From Eledone cirrhosa (Eukaryota): a stretch of 64,000 bases of DNA. This document shows positions 30,001 to 45,000 of this stretch, in pieces. The position numbers and the translations under genes are program-made. The stretch covers positions 374,108,001-374,172,000 of the forward strand of contig OZ024741.1 of assembly GCA_964016885.1 (NCBI GenBank). The letters run 5' to 3'. The notes below the pieces were generated by a model. The model ran no database searches and was not told the origin of the DNA. It saw only the letters and a list, made by a program, of their open reading frames with translations. Each line of letters starts with the position of its first letter. Position 1 is the first letter of the stretch.

Positions 30001-33000
30001 ACAATGAGGACCTTGCCTAGTGACAACTACATGTGACAACTGAGAGGACAGTGAGGACAATGAGGACCTTGCCTAGTGACAACTACATGTGACAACTGAG
30101 AAGACAGTGAAGACAATGAGGACCTTGCCTAGTGACAACTACATGTGACAACTGAGAAGACAGTGAAGTCAATGAGGACCTTGCCTAGTGACAACTACAT
30201 GTGATGACAACTGAGAGGACAGTGAGGACAATGAGGACCTTGCCTAGTGACAACTACATGTGACAACTGAGAAGACAGTGAAGACAATGAGAACCTTGCC
30301 TAGTGACAACTACATGTGACAACTGAGAGGACAGTGAGGACAATGAGGACCTTGCCTAGTGACAACTACATGTGACAACTGAGAAGACAGTGAAGACAAT
30401 GAGGACCTTGCCTAGTGTCAACTACATGTGACAACTGAGAGGACAGTGAGGACAATGAGGACCTTGCCTAGTGACACGTACATGTGACAACTGAGAGGAC
30501 AGTGAAGACAATGAGGACCTTGCCTAGTGACAACTACATGTGACAACTGAGAGGACAGTGAAGACAATGAGGACCTTGCCTAGTGACAACTACATGTGAC
30601 AACTGAGAGGACAGTGAGGACAATGAGGACCTTGCCTAGTGACAAATACATGTGACAACTGAGAAGACAGTGAAGACAATGAGGACCTTGCCTAGTGACA
30701 ACTACATGTGACAACTGAGAAGACAGTGAGGACAATGAGGACCTTGCCTAGTGACAACTACATGTGACAACTGAGAGGACAGTGAGGACAATGAGGACCT
30801 TGCCTAGTGACAACTACATGTGACAACTGAGAAGACAGTGAGGACAATGAGGACCTTGCCTAGTGACGACTACATGTGACAACTGAGAAGACAGTGAGGA
30901 TAATGAGGACCTTGCCTAGTGACAACTACATGTGATGACAACTGAGAAGACAGTGAGGACAATGAGGACCTTGCCTAGTGACAACTACATGTGATGACAA
31001 CTGAGAAGACAGTGAGGACAATGAGGACCTTGCCTAGTGACAACTACATCTGACAACTGAGAAGACAGTGAGGACAATGAGGACCTTGCCTAGTGACATC
31101 TACATGTGACAACTGAGAAGACAGTGAAGACAATGAAGACCTTGCCTAGTGACAACTACATGTGACAACTGAGAAGACAGTGAAGACAATGAGGACCTTG
31201 CCTAGTGACAACTACATCTGACAACTGAGAGGACAGTGAGGACAATGAGGACCTTGCCTAGTGACAACTACATGTGACAACTGAGAAGACAGTGAGGACA
31301 ATGAGGACCTTGCCTAGTGACAACTACATGTGACAAGTGATAAGACAGTGAGGACAATGAGGACCTTGCCTAGTGACAACTACATGTGACAAGTGAGAAG
31401 ACAGTGAGGACAATGAGGACCTTGCCTAGGGACAACTACATGTGACAACTGAGAAGACAGTGAGGACAATGAGGACCTTGCCTAGTGACAACTACATGTG
31501 ACAACTGAGAAGACAGTGAAGACAATGAGGACCTTGCCTAGTGACAACTACATGTGGCAACTGAGAAGACAGTGAGGACAATGAGGACCTTGCCTAGTGA
31601 CAACTACATGTGACAAGTGAGAAGACAGTGAGGACAATGAGGACCTTGCCTAGTGACAACTACATGTGACAACTGAGAAGACAGTGAGGACAATGAGGAC
31701 CTTGCCTAGTGACAACTACATGTGACAAGTGAGAAGACAGTGAGGACAATGAGGACCTTGCCTAGTGACAACTACATGTGACAACTGAGAAGACAGTGAG
31801 GACAATGAGCACCTTGCCTAGTGACAACTACATGTGACAACTGAGAAGACAGTGAGGACAATGAGGACCTTGCCTAGTGACAACTACATGTGACAACTGA
31901 GAAGACAGTGAGGACAATGAGGACCTTGCCTAGTGACAACTACATGTGACAACTGAGAAGACAGTGAGGACAATGAGGACCTTGCCTAGTGACGACTACA
32001 TGTGACAGCTGAGAAGACAGTGAGGACAATGAGGACCTTGCCTAGTGACAACTACATGTGACAAGTGAGAAGACAGTGAGGACAATGAGGACCTTGCCTA
32101 GTGACAACTACATGTGACAACTGAGAAGACAGTGAGGACAATGAGGACCTTGCCTAGTGACAACTACATGTGACAACTGAGAAGACAGTGAGGACAATGA
32201 GGACCTTGCCTAGTGACAACTACATGTGACAAGTGAGAAGACAGTGAGGACAATGAGGACCTTGCCTAGTGACAACTACATGTGACAACTGAGAGGACAG
32301 TGAGGACAGTGAGGACCTTGCCTAGTGACAACTACATGTGACAACTGAGAGGACAGTGAGGACAATGAGGACCTTGCCTAGTGACAACTACATGTGACAA
32401 GTGAGAAGACAGTGAGGACAATGAGGACCTTGCCTAGTGACAACTACATGTGACAAGTGAGAAGACAGTGAGGACAATGAGGACCTTGCCTAGTGACAAC
32501 TACATGTGACAAGTGAGAAGACAGTGAGGACAATGAGGACCTTGCCTAGTGACAACTACATGTGACAACTGAGAAGACAGTGAGGACAATGAGCACCTTG
32601 CCTAGTGACAACTACATGTGACAACTGAGAAGACAGTGAGGACAATGAGGACCTTGCCTAGTGACAACTACATGTGACAACTGAGAAGACAGTGAGGACA
32701 ATGAGGACCTTGCCTAGTGACAACTACATGTGACAACTGAGAAGACAGTGAGGACAATGAGGACCTTGCCTAGTGACGACTACATGTGACAACTGAGAAG
32801 ACAGTGAGGACAATGAGGACCTTGCCTAGTGACAACTACATGTGACAAGTGAGAAGACAGTGAGGACAATGAGGACCTTGCCTAGTGACAACTACATGTG
32901 ACAACTGAGAAGACAGTGAGGACAATGAGGACCTTGCCTAGTGACAACTACATGTGACAACTGAGAAGACAGTGAGGACAATGAGGACCTTGCCTAGTGA

Positions 33001-36000
33001 CAACTACATGTGACAAGTGAGAAGACAGTGAGGACAATGAGGACCTTGCCTAGTGACAACTACATGTGACAACTGAGAGGACAGTGAGGACAGTGAGGAC
33101 CTTGCCTAGTGACAACTACATGTGACAACTGAGAGGACAGTGAGGACAATGAGGACCTTGCCTAGTGACAACTACATGTGACAACTGAGAAGACAGTGAG
33201 GACAATGAGGACCTTGCCTAGTGACACGTACATGTGATGACAACTGAGAAGACAGTGAAGACAATGAGGGCCTTGTCTAGTGACAACTACATGTGACAAC
33301 TGAGAGGACAGTGAGGACAATGAGGACCTTGCCTAGTGACAACTACATGTGACAACTGAGAGGACAGTGAGGACAATGAGGACCTTGCCTAGTGACACGT
33401 ACATGTGATGACAACTGAGAAGACAGTGAAGACAATGAGGACCTTGCCTAGTGACAACTACATGTGACAACTGAGAGGACAGTGAGGACAATGAGGACCT
33501 TGCCTAGTGACAACTACATGTAACAAGTGAGAAGACAGTGAGGACAATGAGGACCTTGCCTAGTGACAACTACATGTGATGACAACTGAGAAGACAGTGA
33601 AGACAATGAGGACCTTGCCTAGTGACAACTACATGTGACAACTGAGAAGACAGTGAAGACAATGAGGACCTTGCCTAGTGACAACTACATGTGACAACTG
33701 AGAAGACAGTGAGGACAATGAGGACCTTGCCTAGTGACAACTACATGTGACAACTGAGAGGACAGTGAGGACAATGAGGACCTTGCCTAGTGACAACTAC
33801 ATGTGACAACTGAGAGGACAGTGAGGACAATGAGGACCTTGCCTAGTGACAACTACATGTGACAACTGAGAAGACAGTGAGGACAATGAGGTCCTTTCCT
33901 AGTGACAACTACATGTGACAACTGAGAAGACAGTGAGGACAATGAGGACCTTGCCTAGTGACAACTACATGTGACAACTGAGAGGACAGTGAGGACAATG
34001 AGGACCTTGCCTAGTGACAACTACATGTGACAACTGAGAAGACAGTGAAGACAATGAGGACCTTGCCTAGTGACAACTACATGTGACAACTGAGAAGACA
34101 GTGAAGACAATGAGGACCTTGCCTAGTGACAACTACATGTGACAACTGAGAAGACAGTGAGGACAATGAGGACCTTGCCTAGTGACAACTACATGTGACA
34201 ACTGAGAGGACAGTGAGGACAATGAGGACCTTGCCTAGTGACAACTACATGTGACAACTGAGAAGACAGTGAGGACAATGAGGACCTTGCCTAGTGACGA
34301 CTACATGTGACAACTGAGAAGACAGTGAGGATAATGAGGACCTTGCCTAGTGACAACTACATGTGATGACAACTGAGAAGACACTGAGGACAATGAGGTC
34401 CTTTCCTAGTGACAACTACATGTGACAACTGAGAAGACAGTGAGGACAATGAGGACCTTGCCTAGTGACAACTACATGTGACAACTGAGAGGACAGTGAG
34501 GACAATGAGGACCTTGCCTAGTGACAACTACATGTGACAACTGAGAAGACAGTGAAGACAATGAGGACCTTGCCTAGTGACAACTACATGTGACAACTGA
34601 GAAGACAGTGAAGACAATGAGGACCTTGCCTAGTGACAACTACATGTGACAACTGAGAAGACAGTGAGGACAATGAGGACCTTGCCTAGTGACAACTACA
34701 TGTGACAACTGAGAGGACAGTGAGGACAATGAGGACCTTGCCTAGTGACAACTACATGTGACAACTGAGAAGACAGTGAGGACAATGAGGACCTTGCCTA
34801 GTGACGACTACATGTGACAACTGAGAAGACAGTGAGGATAATGAGGACCTTGCCTAGTGACAACTACATGTGATGACAACTGAGAAGACAGTGAGGACAA
34901 TGAGGACCTTGCCTAGTGACAACTACATGTGATGACAACTGAGAAGACAGTGAAGACAATGAGGACCTTGCCTAGTGACAACTACGTCTGACAACTGAGA
35001 AGACAGTGAAGACAATGAGGACCTTGCCTAGTGACAACTACATGTGACAACTGAGAATACAGTGAGGACAATGAGGACCTTGCCTAGTGACAACTACATG
35101 TGACAACTGAGAAGACAGTGAGGACAATGTGGACCTTGCCTAGTGACAACTACATCTGACAACTGAGAAGACAGTGAGGACAATGAGGACCTTGCCTAGT
35201 GACATCTACATGTGACAACTGAGAAGACAGTGAAGACAATGAAGACCTTGCCTAGTGACAACTACATGTGACAACTGAGAAGACAGTGAAGACAATGAGG
35301 ACCTTGCCTAGTGACAACTACATCTGACAACTGAGAGGACAGTGAGGACAATGAGGACCTTGCCTAGTGACAACTACATGTGACAACTGAGAAGACAGTG
35401 AGGACAATGAGGACCTTGCCTAGTGACAACTACATGTGACAAGTGATAAGACAGTGAGGACAATGAGGACCTTGCCTAGTGACAACTACATGTGACAAGT
35501 GAGAAGACAGTGAGGACAATGAGGACCTTGCCTAGGGACAACTACATGTGACAACTGAGAAGACAGTGAGGACAATGAGGACCTTGCCTAGTGACAACTA
35601 CATGTGACAACTGAGAAGACAGTGAAGTCAATGAGGACCTTGCCTAGTGACAACTACATGTGATGACAACTGAGAGGACAGTGAGGACAATGAGGACCTT
35701 GCCTAGTGACAACTACATGTGACAACTGAGAAGACAGTGAAGACAATGAGAACCTTGCCTAGTGACAACTACATGTGACAACTGAGAGGACAGTGAGGAC
35801 AATGAGGACCTTGCCTAGTGACAACTACATGTGACAACTGAGAAGACAGTGAAGACAATGAGGACCTTGCCTAGTGTCAACTACATGTGACAACTGAGAG
35901 GACAGTGAGGACAATGAGGACCTTGCCTAGTGACACGTACATGTGACAACTGAGAGGACAGTGAAGACAATGAGGACCTTGCCTAGTGACAACTACATGT

Positions 36001-39000
36001 GACAACTGAGAGGACAGTGAAGACAATGAGGACCTTGCCTAGTGACAACTACATGTGACAACTGAGAGGACAGTGAGGACAATGAGGACCTTGCCTAGTG
36101 ACAAATACATGTGACAACTGAGAAGACAGTGAAGACAATGAGGACCTTGCCTAGTGACAACTACATGTGACAACTGAGAAGACAGTGAGGACAATGAGGA
36201 CCTTGCCTAGTGACAACTACATGTGACAACTGAGAAGACAGTGAGGACAATGAGGACCTTGCCTAGTGACAACTACATGTGACAACTGAGAAGACAGTGA
36301 GGACAATGAGGACCTTGCCTAGTGACAACTACATGTGACAAGTGAGAAGACAGTGAGGACAATGAGGACCTTGCCTAGTGACAACTACATGTGACAACTG
36401 AGAGGACAGTGAGGACAGTGAGGACCTTGCCTAGTGACAACTACATGTGACAACTGAGAGGACAGTGAGGACAATGAGGACCTTGCCTAGTGACAACTAC
36501 ATGTGACAAGTGAGAAGACAGTGAGGACAATGAGGACCTTGCCTAGTGACAACTACATGTGACAAGTGAGAAGACAGTGAGGACAATGAGGACCTTGCCT
36601 AGTGACAACTACATGTGACAAGTGAGAAGACAGTGAGGACAATGAGGACCTTGCCTAGTGACAACTACATGTGACAACTGAGAAGACAGTGAGGACAATG
36701 AGCACCTTGCCTAGTGACAACTACATGTGACAACTGAGAAGACAGTGAGGACAATGAGGACCTTGCCTAGTGACAACTACATGTGACAACTGAGAAGACA
36801 GTGAGGACAATGAGGACCTTGCCTAGTGACAACTACATGTGACAACTGAGAAGACAGTGAGGACAATGAGGACCTTGCCTAGTGACGACTACATGTGACA
36901 ACTGAGAAGACAGTGAGGACAATGAGGACCTTGCCTAGTGACAACTACATGTGACAAGTGAGAAGACAGTGAGGACAATGAGGACCTTGCCTAGTGACAA
37001 CTACATGTGACAACTGAGAAGACAGTGAGGACAATGAGGACCTTGCCTAGTGACAACTACATGTGACAACTGAGAAGACAGTGAGGACAATGAGGACCTT
37101 GCCTAGTGACAACTACATGTGACAAGTGAGAAGACAGTGAGGACAATGAGGACCTTGCCTAGTGACAACTACATGTGACAACTGAGAGGACAGTGAGGAC
37201 AGTGAGGACCTTGCCTAGTGACAACTACATGTGACAACTGAGAGGACAGTGAGGACAATGAGGACCTTGCCTAGTGACAACTACATGTGACAACTGAGAA
37301 GACAGTGAGGACAATGAGGACCTTGCCTAGTGACACGTACATGTGATGACAACTGAGAAGACAGTGAAGACAATGAGGGCCTTGTCTAGTGACAACTACA
37401 TGTGACAACTGAGAGGACAGTGAGGACAATGAGGACCTTGCCTAGTGACAACTACATGTGACAACTGAGAGGACAGTGAGGACAATGAGGACCTTGCCTA
37501 GTGACACGTACATGTGATGACAACTGAGAAGACAGTGAAGACAATGAGGACCTTGCCTAGTGACAACTACATGTGACAACTGAGAGGACAGTGAGGACAA
37601 TGAGGACCTTGCCTAGTGACAACTACATGTAACAAGTGAGAAGACAGTGAGGACAATGAGGACCTTGCCTAGTGACAACTACATGTGATGACAACTGAGA
37701 AGACAGTGAAGACAATGAGGACCTTGCCTAGTGACAACTACATGTGACAACTGAGAAGACAGTGAAGACAATGAGGACCTTGCCTAGTGACAACTACATG
37801 TGACAACTGAGAAGACAGTGAGGACAATGAGGACCTTGCCTAGTGACAACTACATGTGACAACTGAGAGGACAGTGAGGACAATGAGGACCTTGCCTAGT
37901 GACAACTACATGTGACAACTGAGAGGACAGTGAGGACAATGAGGACCTTGCCTAGTGACAACTACATGTGACAACTGAGAAGACAGTGAGGACAATGAGG
38001 TCCTTTCCTAGTGACAACTACATGTGACAACTGAGAAGACAGTGAGGACAATGAGGACCTTGCCTAGTGACAACTACATGTGACAACTGAGAGGACAGTG
38101 AGGACAATGAGGACCTTGCCTAGTGACAACTACATGTGACAACTGAGAAGACAGTGAAGACAATGAGGACCTTGCCTAGTGACAACTACATGTGACAACT
38201 GAGAAGACAGTGAAGACAATGAGGACCTTGCCTAGTGACAACTACATGTGACAACTGAGAAGACAGTGAGGACAATGAGGACCTTGCCTAGTGACAACTA
38301 CATGTGACAACTGAGAGGACAGTGAGGACAATGAGGACCTTGCCTAGTGACAACTACATGTGACAACTGAGAAGACAGTGAGGACAATGAGGACCTTGCC
38401 TAGTGACGACTACATGTGACAACTGAGAAGACAGTGAGGATAATGAGGACCTTGCCTAGTGACAACTACATGTGATGACAACTGAGAAGACACTGAGGAC
38501 AATGAGGTCCTTTCCTAGTGACAACTACATGTGACAACTGAGAAGACAGTGAGGACAATGAGGACCTTGCCTAGTGACAACTACATGTGACAACTGAGAG
38601 GACAGTGAGGACAATGAGGACCTTGCCTAGTGACAACTACATGTGACAACTGAGAAGACAGTGAAGACAATGAGGACCTTGCCTAGTGACAACTACATGT
38701 GACAACTGAGAAGACAGTGAAGACAATGAGGACCTTGCCTAGTGACAACTACATGTGACAACTGAGAAGACAGTGAGGACAATGAGGACCTTGCCTAGTG
38801 ACAACTACATGTGACAACTGAGAGGACAGTGAGGACAATGAGGACCTTGCCTAGTGACAACTACATGTGACAACTGAGAAGACAGTGAGGACAATGAGGA
38901 CCTTGCCTAGTGACGACTACATGTGACAACTGAGAAGACAGTGAGGATAATGAGGACCTTGCCTAGTGACAACTACATGTGATGACAACTGAGAAGACAG

Positions 39001-42000
39001 TGAGGACAATGAGGACCTTGCCTAGTGACAACTACATGTGATGACAACTGAGAAGACAGTGAAGACAATGAGGACCTTGCCTAGTGACAACTACGTCTGA
39101 CAACTGAGAAGACAGTGAAGACAATGAGGACCTTGCCTAGTGACAACTACATGTGACAACTGAGAATACAGTGAGGACAATGAGGACCTTGCCTAGTGAC
39201 AACTACATGTGACAACTGAGAAGACAGTGAGGACAATGTGGACCTTGCCTAGTGACAACTACATCTGACAACTGAGAAGACAGTGAGGACAATGAGGACC
39301 TTGCCTAGTGACATCTACATGTGACAACTGAGAAGACAGTGAAGACAATGAAGACCTTGCCTAGTGACAACTACATGTGACAACTGAGAAGACAGTGAAG
39401 ACAATGAGGACCTTGCCTAGTGACAACTATATCTGACAACTGAGAGGACAGTGAGGACAATGAGGACCTTGCCTAGTGACAACTACATGTGACAACTGAG
39501 AAGACAGTGAGGACAATGAGGACCTTGCCTAGTGACAACTACATGTGACAAGTGATAAGACAGTGAGGACAATGAGGACCTTGCCTAGTGACAACTACAT
39601 GTGACAAGTGAGAAGACAGTGAGGACAATGAGGACCTTGCCTAGGGACAACTACATGTGACAACTGAGAAGACAGTGAGGACAATGAGGACCTTGCCTAG
39701 TGACAACTACATGTGACAACTGAGAAGACAGTGAAGTCAATGAGGACCTTGCCTAGTGACAACTACATGTGATGACAACTGAGAGGACAGTGAGGACAAT
39801 GAGGACCTTGCCTAGTGACAACTACATGTGACAACTGAGAAGACAGTGAAGACAATGAGAACCTTGCCTAGTGACAACTACATGTGACAACTGAGAGGAC
39901 AGTGAGGACAATGAGGACCTTGCCTAGTGACAACTACATGTGACAACTGAGAAGACAGTGAAGACAATGAGGACCTTGCCTAGTGTCAACTACATGTGAC
40001 AACTGAGAGGACAGTGAGGACAATGAGGACCTTGCCTAGTGACACGTACATGTGACAACTGAGAGGACAGTGAAGACAATGAGGACCTTGCCTAGTGACA
40101 ACTACATGTGACAACTGAGAGGACAGTGAAGACAATGAGGACCTTGCCTAGTGACAACTACATGTGACAACTGAGAGGACAGTGAGGACAATGAGGACCT
40201 TGCCTAGTGACAAATACATGTGACAACTGAGAAGACAGTGAAGACAATGAGGACCTTGCCTAGTGACAACTACATGTGACAACTGAGAAGACAGTGAGGA
40301 CAATGAGGACCTTGCCTAGTGACAACTACATGTGACAACTGAGAGGACAGTGAGGACAATGAGGACCTTGCCTAGTGACAACTACATGTGACAACTGAGA
40401 AGACAGTGAGGACAATGAGGACCTTGCCTAGTGACGACTACATGTGACAACTGAGAAGACAGTGAGGATAATGAGGACCTTGCCTAGTGACAACTACATG
40501 TGATGACAACTGAGAAGACAGTGAGGACAATGAGGACCTTGCCTAGTGACAACTACATGTGATGACAACTGAGAAGACAGTGAGGACAATGAGGACCTTG
40601 CCTAGTGACAACTACATCTGACAACTGAGAAGACAGTGAGGACAATGAGGACCTTGCCTAGTGACATCTACATGTGACAACTGAGAAGACAGTGAAGACA
40701 ATGAAGACCTTGCCTAGTGACAACTACATGTGACAACTGAGAAGACAGTGAAGACAATGAGGACCTTGCCTAGTGACAACTACATCTGACAACTGAGAGG
40801 ACAGTGAGGACAATGAGGACCTTGCCTAGTGACAACTACATGTGACAACTGAGAAGACAGTGAGGACAATGAGGACCTTGCCTAGTGACAACTACATGTG
40901 ACAAGTGATAAGACAGTGAGGACAATGAGGACCTTGCCTAGTGACAACTACATGTGACAAGTGAGAAGACAGTGAGGACAATGAGGACCTTGCCTAGGGA
41001 CAACTACATGTGACAACTGAGAAGACAGTGAGGACAATGAGGACCTTGCCTAGTGACAACTACATGTGACAACTGAGAAGACAGTGAAGACAATGAGGAC
41101 CTTGCCTAGTGACAACTACATGTGGCAACTGAGAAGACAGTGAGGACAATGAGGACCTTGCCTAGTGACAACTACATGTGACAAGTGAGAAGACAGTGAG
41201 GACAATGAGGACCTTGCCTAGTGACAACTACATGTGACAACTGAGAAGACAGTGAGGACAATGAGGACCTTGCCTAGTGACAACTACATGTGACAAGTGA
41301 GAAGACAGTGAGGACAATGAGGACCTTGCCTAGTGACAACTACATGTGACAACTGAGAAGACAGTGAGGACAATGAGCACCTTGCCTAGTGACAACTACA
41401 TGTGACAACTGAGAAGACAGTGAGGACAATGAGGACCTTGCCTAGTGACAACTACATGTGACAACTGAGAAGACAGTGAGGACAATGAGGACCTTGCCTA
41501 GTGACAACTACATGTGACAACTGAGAAGACAGTGAGGACAATGAGGACCTTGCCTAGTGACGACTACATGTGACAGCTGAGAAGACAGTGAGGACAATGA
41601 GGACCTTGCCTAGTGACAACTACATGTGACAAGTGAGAAGACAGTGAGGACAATGAGGACCTTGCCTAGTGACAACTACATGTGACAACTGAGAAGACAG
41701 TGAGGACAATGAGGACCTTGCCTAGTGACAACTACATGTGACAACTGAGAAGACAGTGAGGACAATGAGGACCTTGCCTAGTGACAACTACATGTGACAA
41801 GTGAGAAGACAGTGAGGACAATGAGGACCTTGCCTAGTGACAACTACATGTGACAACTGAGAGGACAGTGAGGACAGTGAGGACCTTGCCTAGTGACAAC
41901 TACATGTGACAACTGAGAGGACAGTGAGGACAATGAGGACCTTGCCTAGTGACAACTACATGTGACAAGTGAGAAGACAGTGAGGACAATGAGGACCTTG

Positions 42001-45000
42001 CCTAGTGACAACTACATGTGACAAGTGAGAAGACAGTGAGGACAATGAGGACCTTGCCTAGTGACAACTACATGTGACAAGTGAGAAGACAGTGAGGACA
42101 ATGAGGACCTTGCCTAGTGACAACTACATGTGACAACTGAGAAGACAGTGAGGACAATGAGCACCTTGCCTAGTGACAACTACATGTGACAACTGAGAAG
42201 ACAGTGAGGACAATGAGGACCTTGCCTAGTGACAACTACATGTGACAACTGAGAAGACAGTGAGGACAATGAGGACCTTGCCTAGTGACAACTACATGTG
42301 ACAACTGAGAAGACAGTGAGGACAATGAGGACCTTGCCTAGTGACGACTACATGTGACAACTGAGAAGACAGTGAGGACAATGAGGACCTTGCCTAGTGA
42401 CAACTACATGTGACAAGTGAGAAGACAGTGAGGACAATGAGGACCTTGCCTAGTGACAACTACATGTGACAACTGAGAAGACAGTGAGGACAATGAGGAC
42501 CTTGCCTAGTGACAACTACATGTGACAACTGAGAAGACAGTGAGGACAATGAGGACCTTGCCTAGTGACAACTACATGTGACAAGTGAGAAGACAGTGAG
42601 GACAATGAGGACCTTGCCTAGTGACAACTACATGTGACAACTGAGAGGACAGTGAGGACAGTGAGGACCTTGCCTAGTGACAACTACATGTGACAACTGA
42701 GAGGACAGTGAGGACAATGAGGACCTTGCCTAGTGACAACTACATGTGACAACTGAGAAGACAGTGAGGACAATGAGGACCTTGCCTAGTGACACGTACA
42801 TGTGATGACAACTGAGAAGACAGTGAAGACAATGAGGGCCTTGTCTAGTGACAACTACATGTGACAACTGAGAGGACAGTGAGGACAATGAGGACCTTGC
42901 CTAGTGACAACTACATGTGACAACTGAGAGGACAGTGAGGACAATGAGGACCTTGCCTAGTGACACGTACATGTGATGACAACTGAGAAGACAGTGAAGA
43001 CAATGAGGACCTTGCCTAGTGACAACTACATGTGACAACTGAGAGGACAGTGAGGACAATGAGGACCTTGCCTAGTGACAACTACATGTAACAAGTGAGA
43101 AGACAGTGAGGACAATGAGGACCTTGCCTAGTGACAACTACATGTGATGACAACTGAGAAGACAGTGAAGACAATGAGGACCTTGCCTAGTGACAACTAC
43201 ATGTGACAACTGAGAAGACAGTGAAGACAATGAGGACCTTGCCTAGTGACAACTACATGTGACAACTGAGAAGACAGTGAGGACAATGAGGACCTTGCCT
43301 AGTGACAACTACATGTGACAACTGAGAGGACAGTGAGGACAATGAGGACCTTGCCTAGTGACAACTACATGTGACAACTGAGAGGACAGTGAGGACAATG
43401 AGGACCTTGCCTAGTGACAACTACATGTGACAACTGAGAAGACAGTGAGGACAATGAGGTCCTTTCCTAGTGACAACTACATGTGACAACTGAGAAGACA
43501 GTGAGGACAATGAGGACCTTGCCTAGTGACAACTACATGTGACAACTGAGAGGACAGTGAGGACAATGAGGACCTTGCCTAGTGACAACTACATGTGACA
43601 ACTGAGAAGACAGTGAAGACAATGAGGACCTTGCCTAGTGACAACTACATGTGACAACTGAGAAGACAGTGAAGACAATGAGGACCTTGCCTAGTGACAA
43701 CTACATGTGACAACTGAGAAGACAGTGAGGACAATGAGGACCTTGCCTAGTGACAACTACATGTGACAACTGAGAGGACAGTGAGGACAATGAGGACCTT
43801 GCCTAGTGACAACTACATGTGACAACTGAGAAGACAGTGAGGACAATGAGGACCTTGCCTAGTGACGACTACATGTGACAACTGAGAAGACAGTGAGGAT
43901 AATGAGGACCTTGCCTAGTGACAACTACATGTGATGACAACTGAGAAGACACTGAGGACAATGAGGTCCTTTCCTAGTGACAACTACATGTGACAACTGA
44001 GAAGACAGTGAGGACAATGAGGACCTTGCCTAGTGACAACTACATGTGACAACTGAGAGGACAGTGAGGACAATGAGGACCTTGCCTAGTGACAACTACA
44101 TGTGACAACTGAGAAGACAGTGAAGACAATGAGGACCTTGCCTAGTGACAACTACATGTGACAACTGAGAAGACAGTGAAGACAATGAGGACCTTGCCTA
44201 GTGACAACTACATGTGACAACTGAGAAGACAGTGAGGACAATGAGGACCTTGCCTAGTGACAACTACATGTGACAACTGAGAGGACAGTGAGGACAATGA
44301 GGACCTTGCCTAGTGACAACTACATGTGACAACTGAGAAGACAGTGAGGACAATGAGGACCTTGCCTAGTGACGACTACATGTGACAACTGAGAAGACAG
44401 TGAGGATAATGAGGACCTTGCCTAGTGACAACTACATGTGATGACAACTGAGAAGACAGTGAGGACAATGAGGACCTTGCCTAGTGACAACTACATGTGA
44501 TGACAACTGAGAAGACAGTGAAGACAATGAGGACCTTGCCTAGTGACAACTACGTCTGACAACTGAGAAGACAGTGAAGACAATGAGGACCTTGCCTAGT
44601 GACAACTACATGTGACAACTGAGAATACAGTGAGGACAATGAGGACCTTGCCTAGTGACAACTACATGTGACAACTGAGAAGACAGTGAGGACAATGTGG
44701 ACCTTGCCTAGTGACAACTACATCTGACAACTGAGAAGACAGTGAGGACAATGAGGACCTTGCCTAGTGACATCTACATGTGACAACTGAGAAGACAGTG
44801 AAGACAATGAAGACCTTGCCTAGTGACAACTACATGTGACAACTGAGAAGACAGTGAAGACAATGAGGACCTTGCCTAGTGACAACTACATCTGACAACT
44901 GAGAGGACAGTGAGGACAATGAGGACCTTGCCTAGTGACAACTACATGTGACAACTGAGAAGACAGTGAGGACAATGAGGACCTTGCCTAGTGACAACTA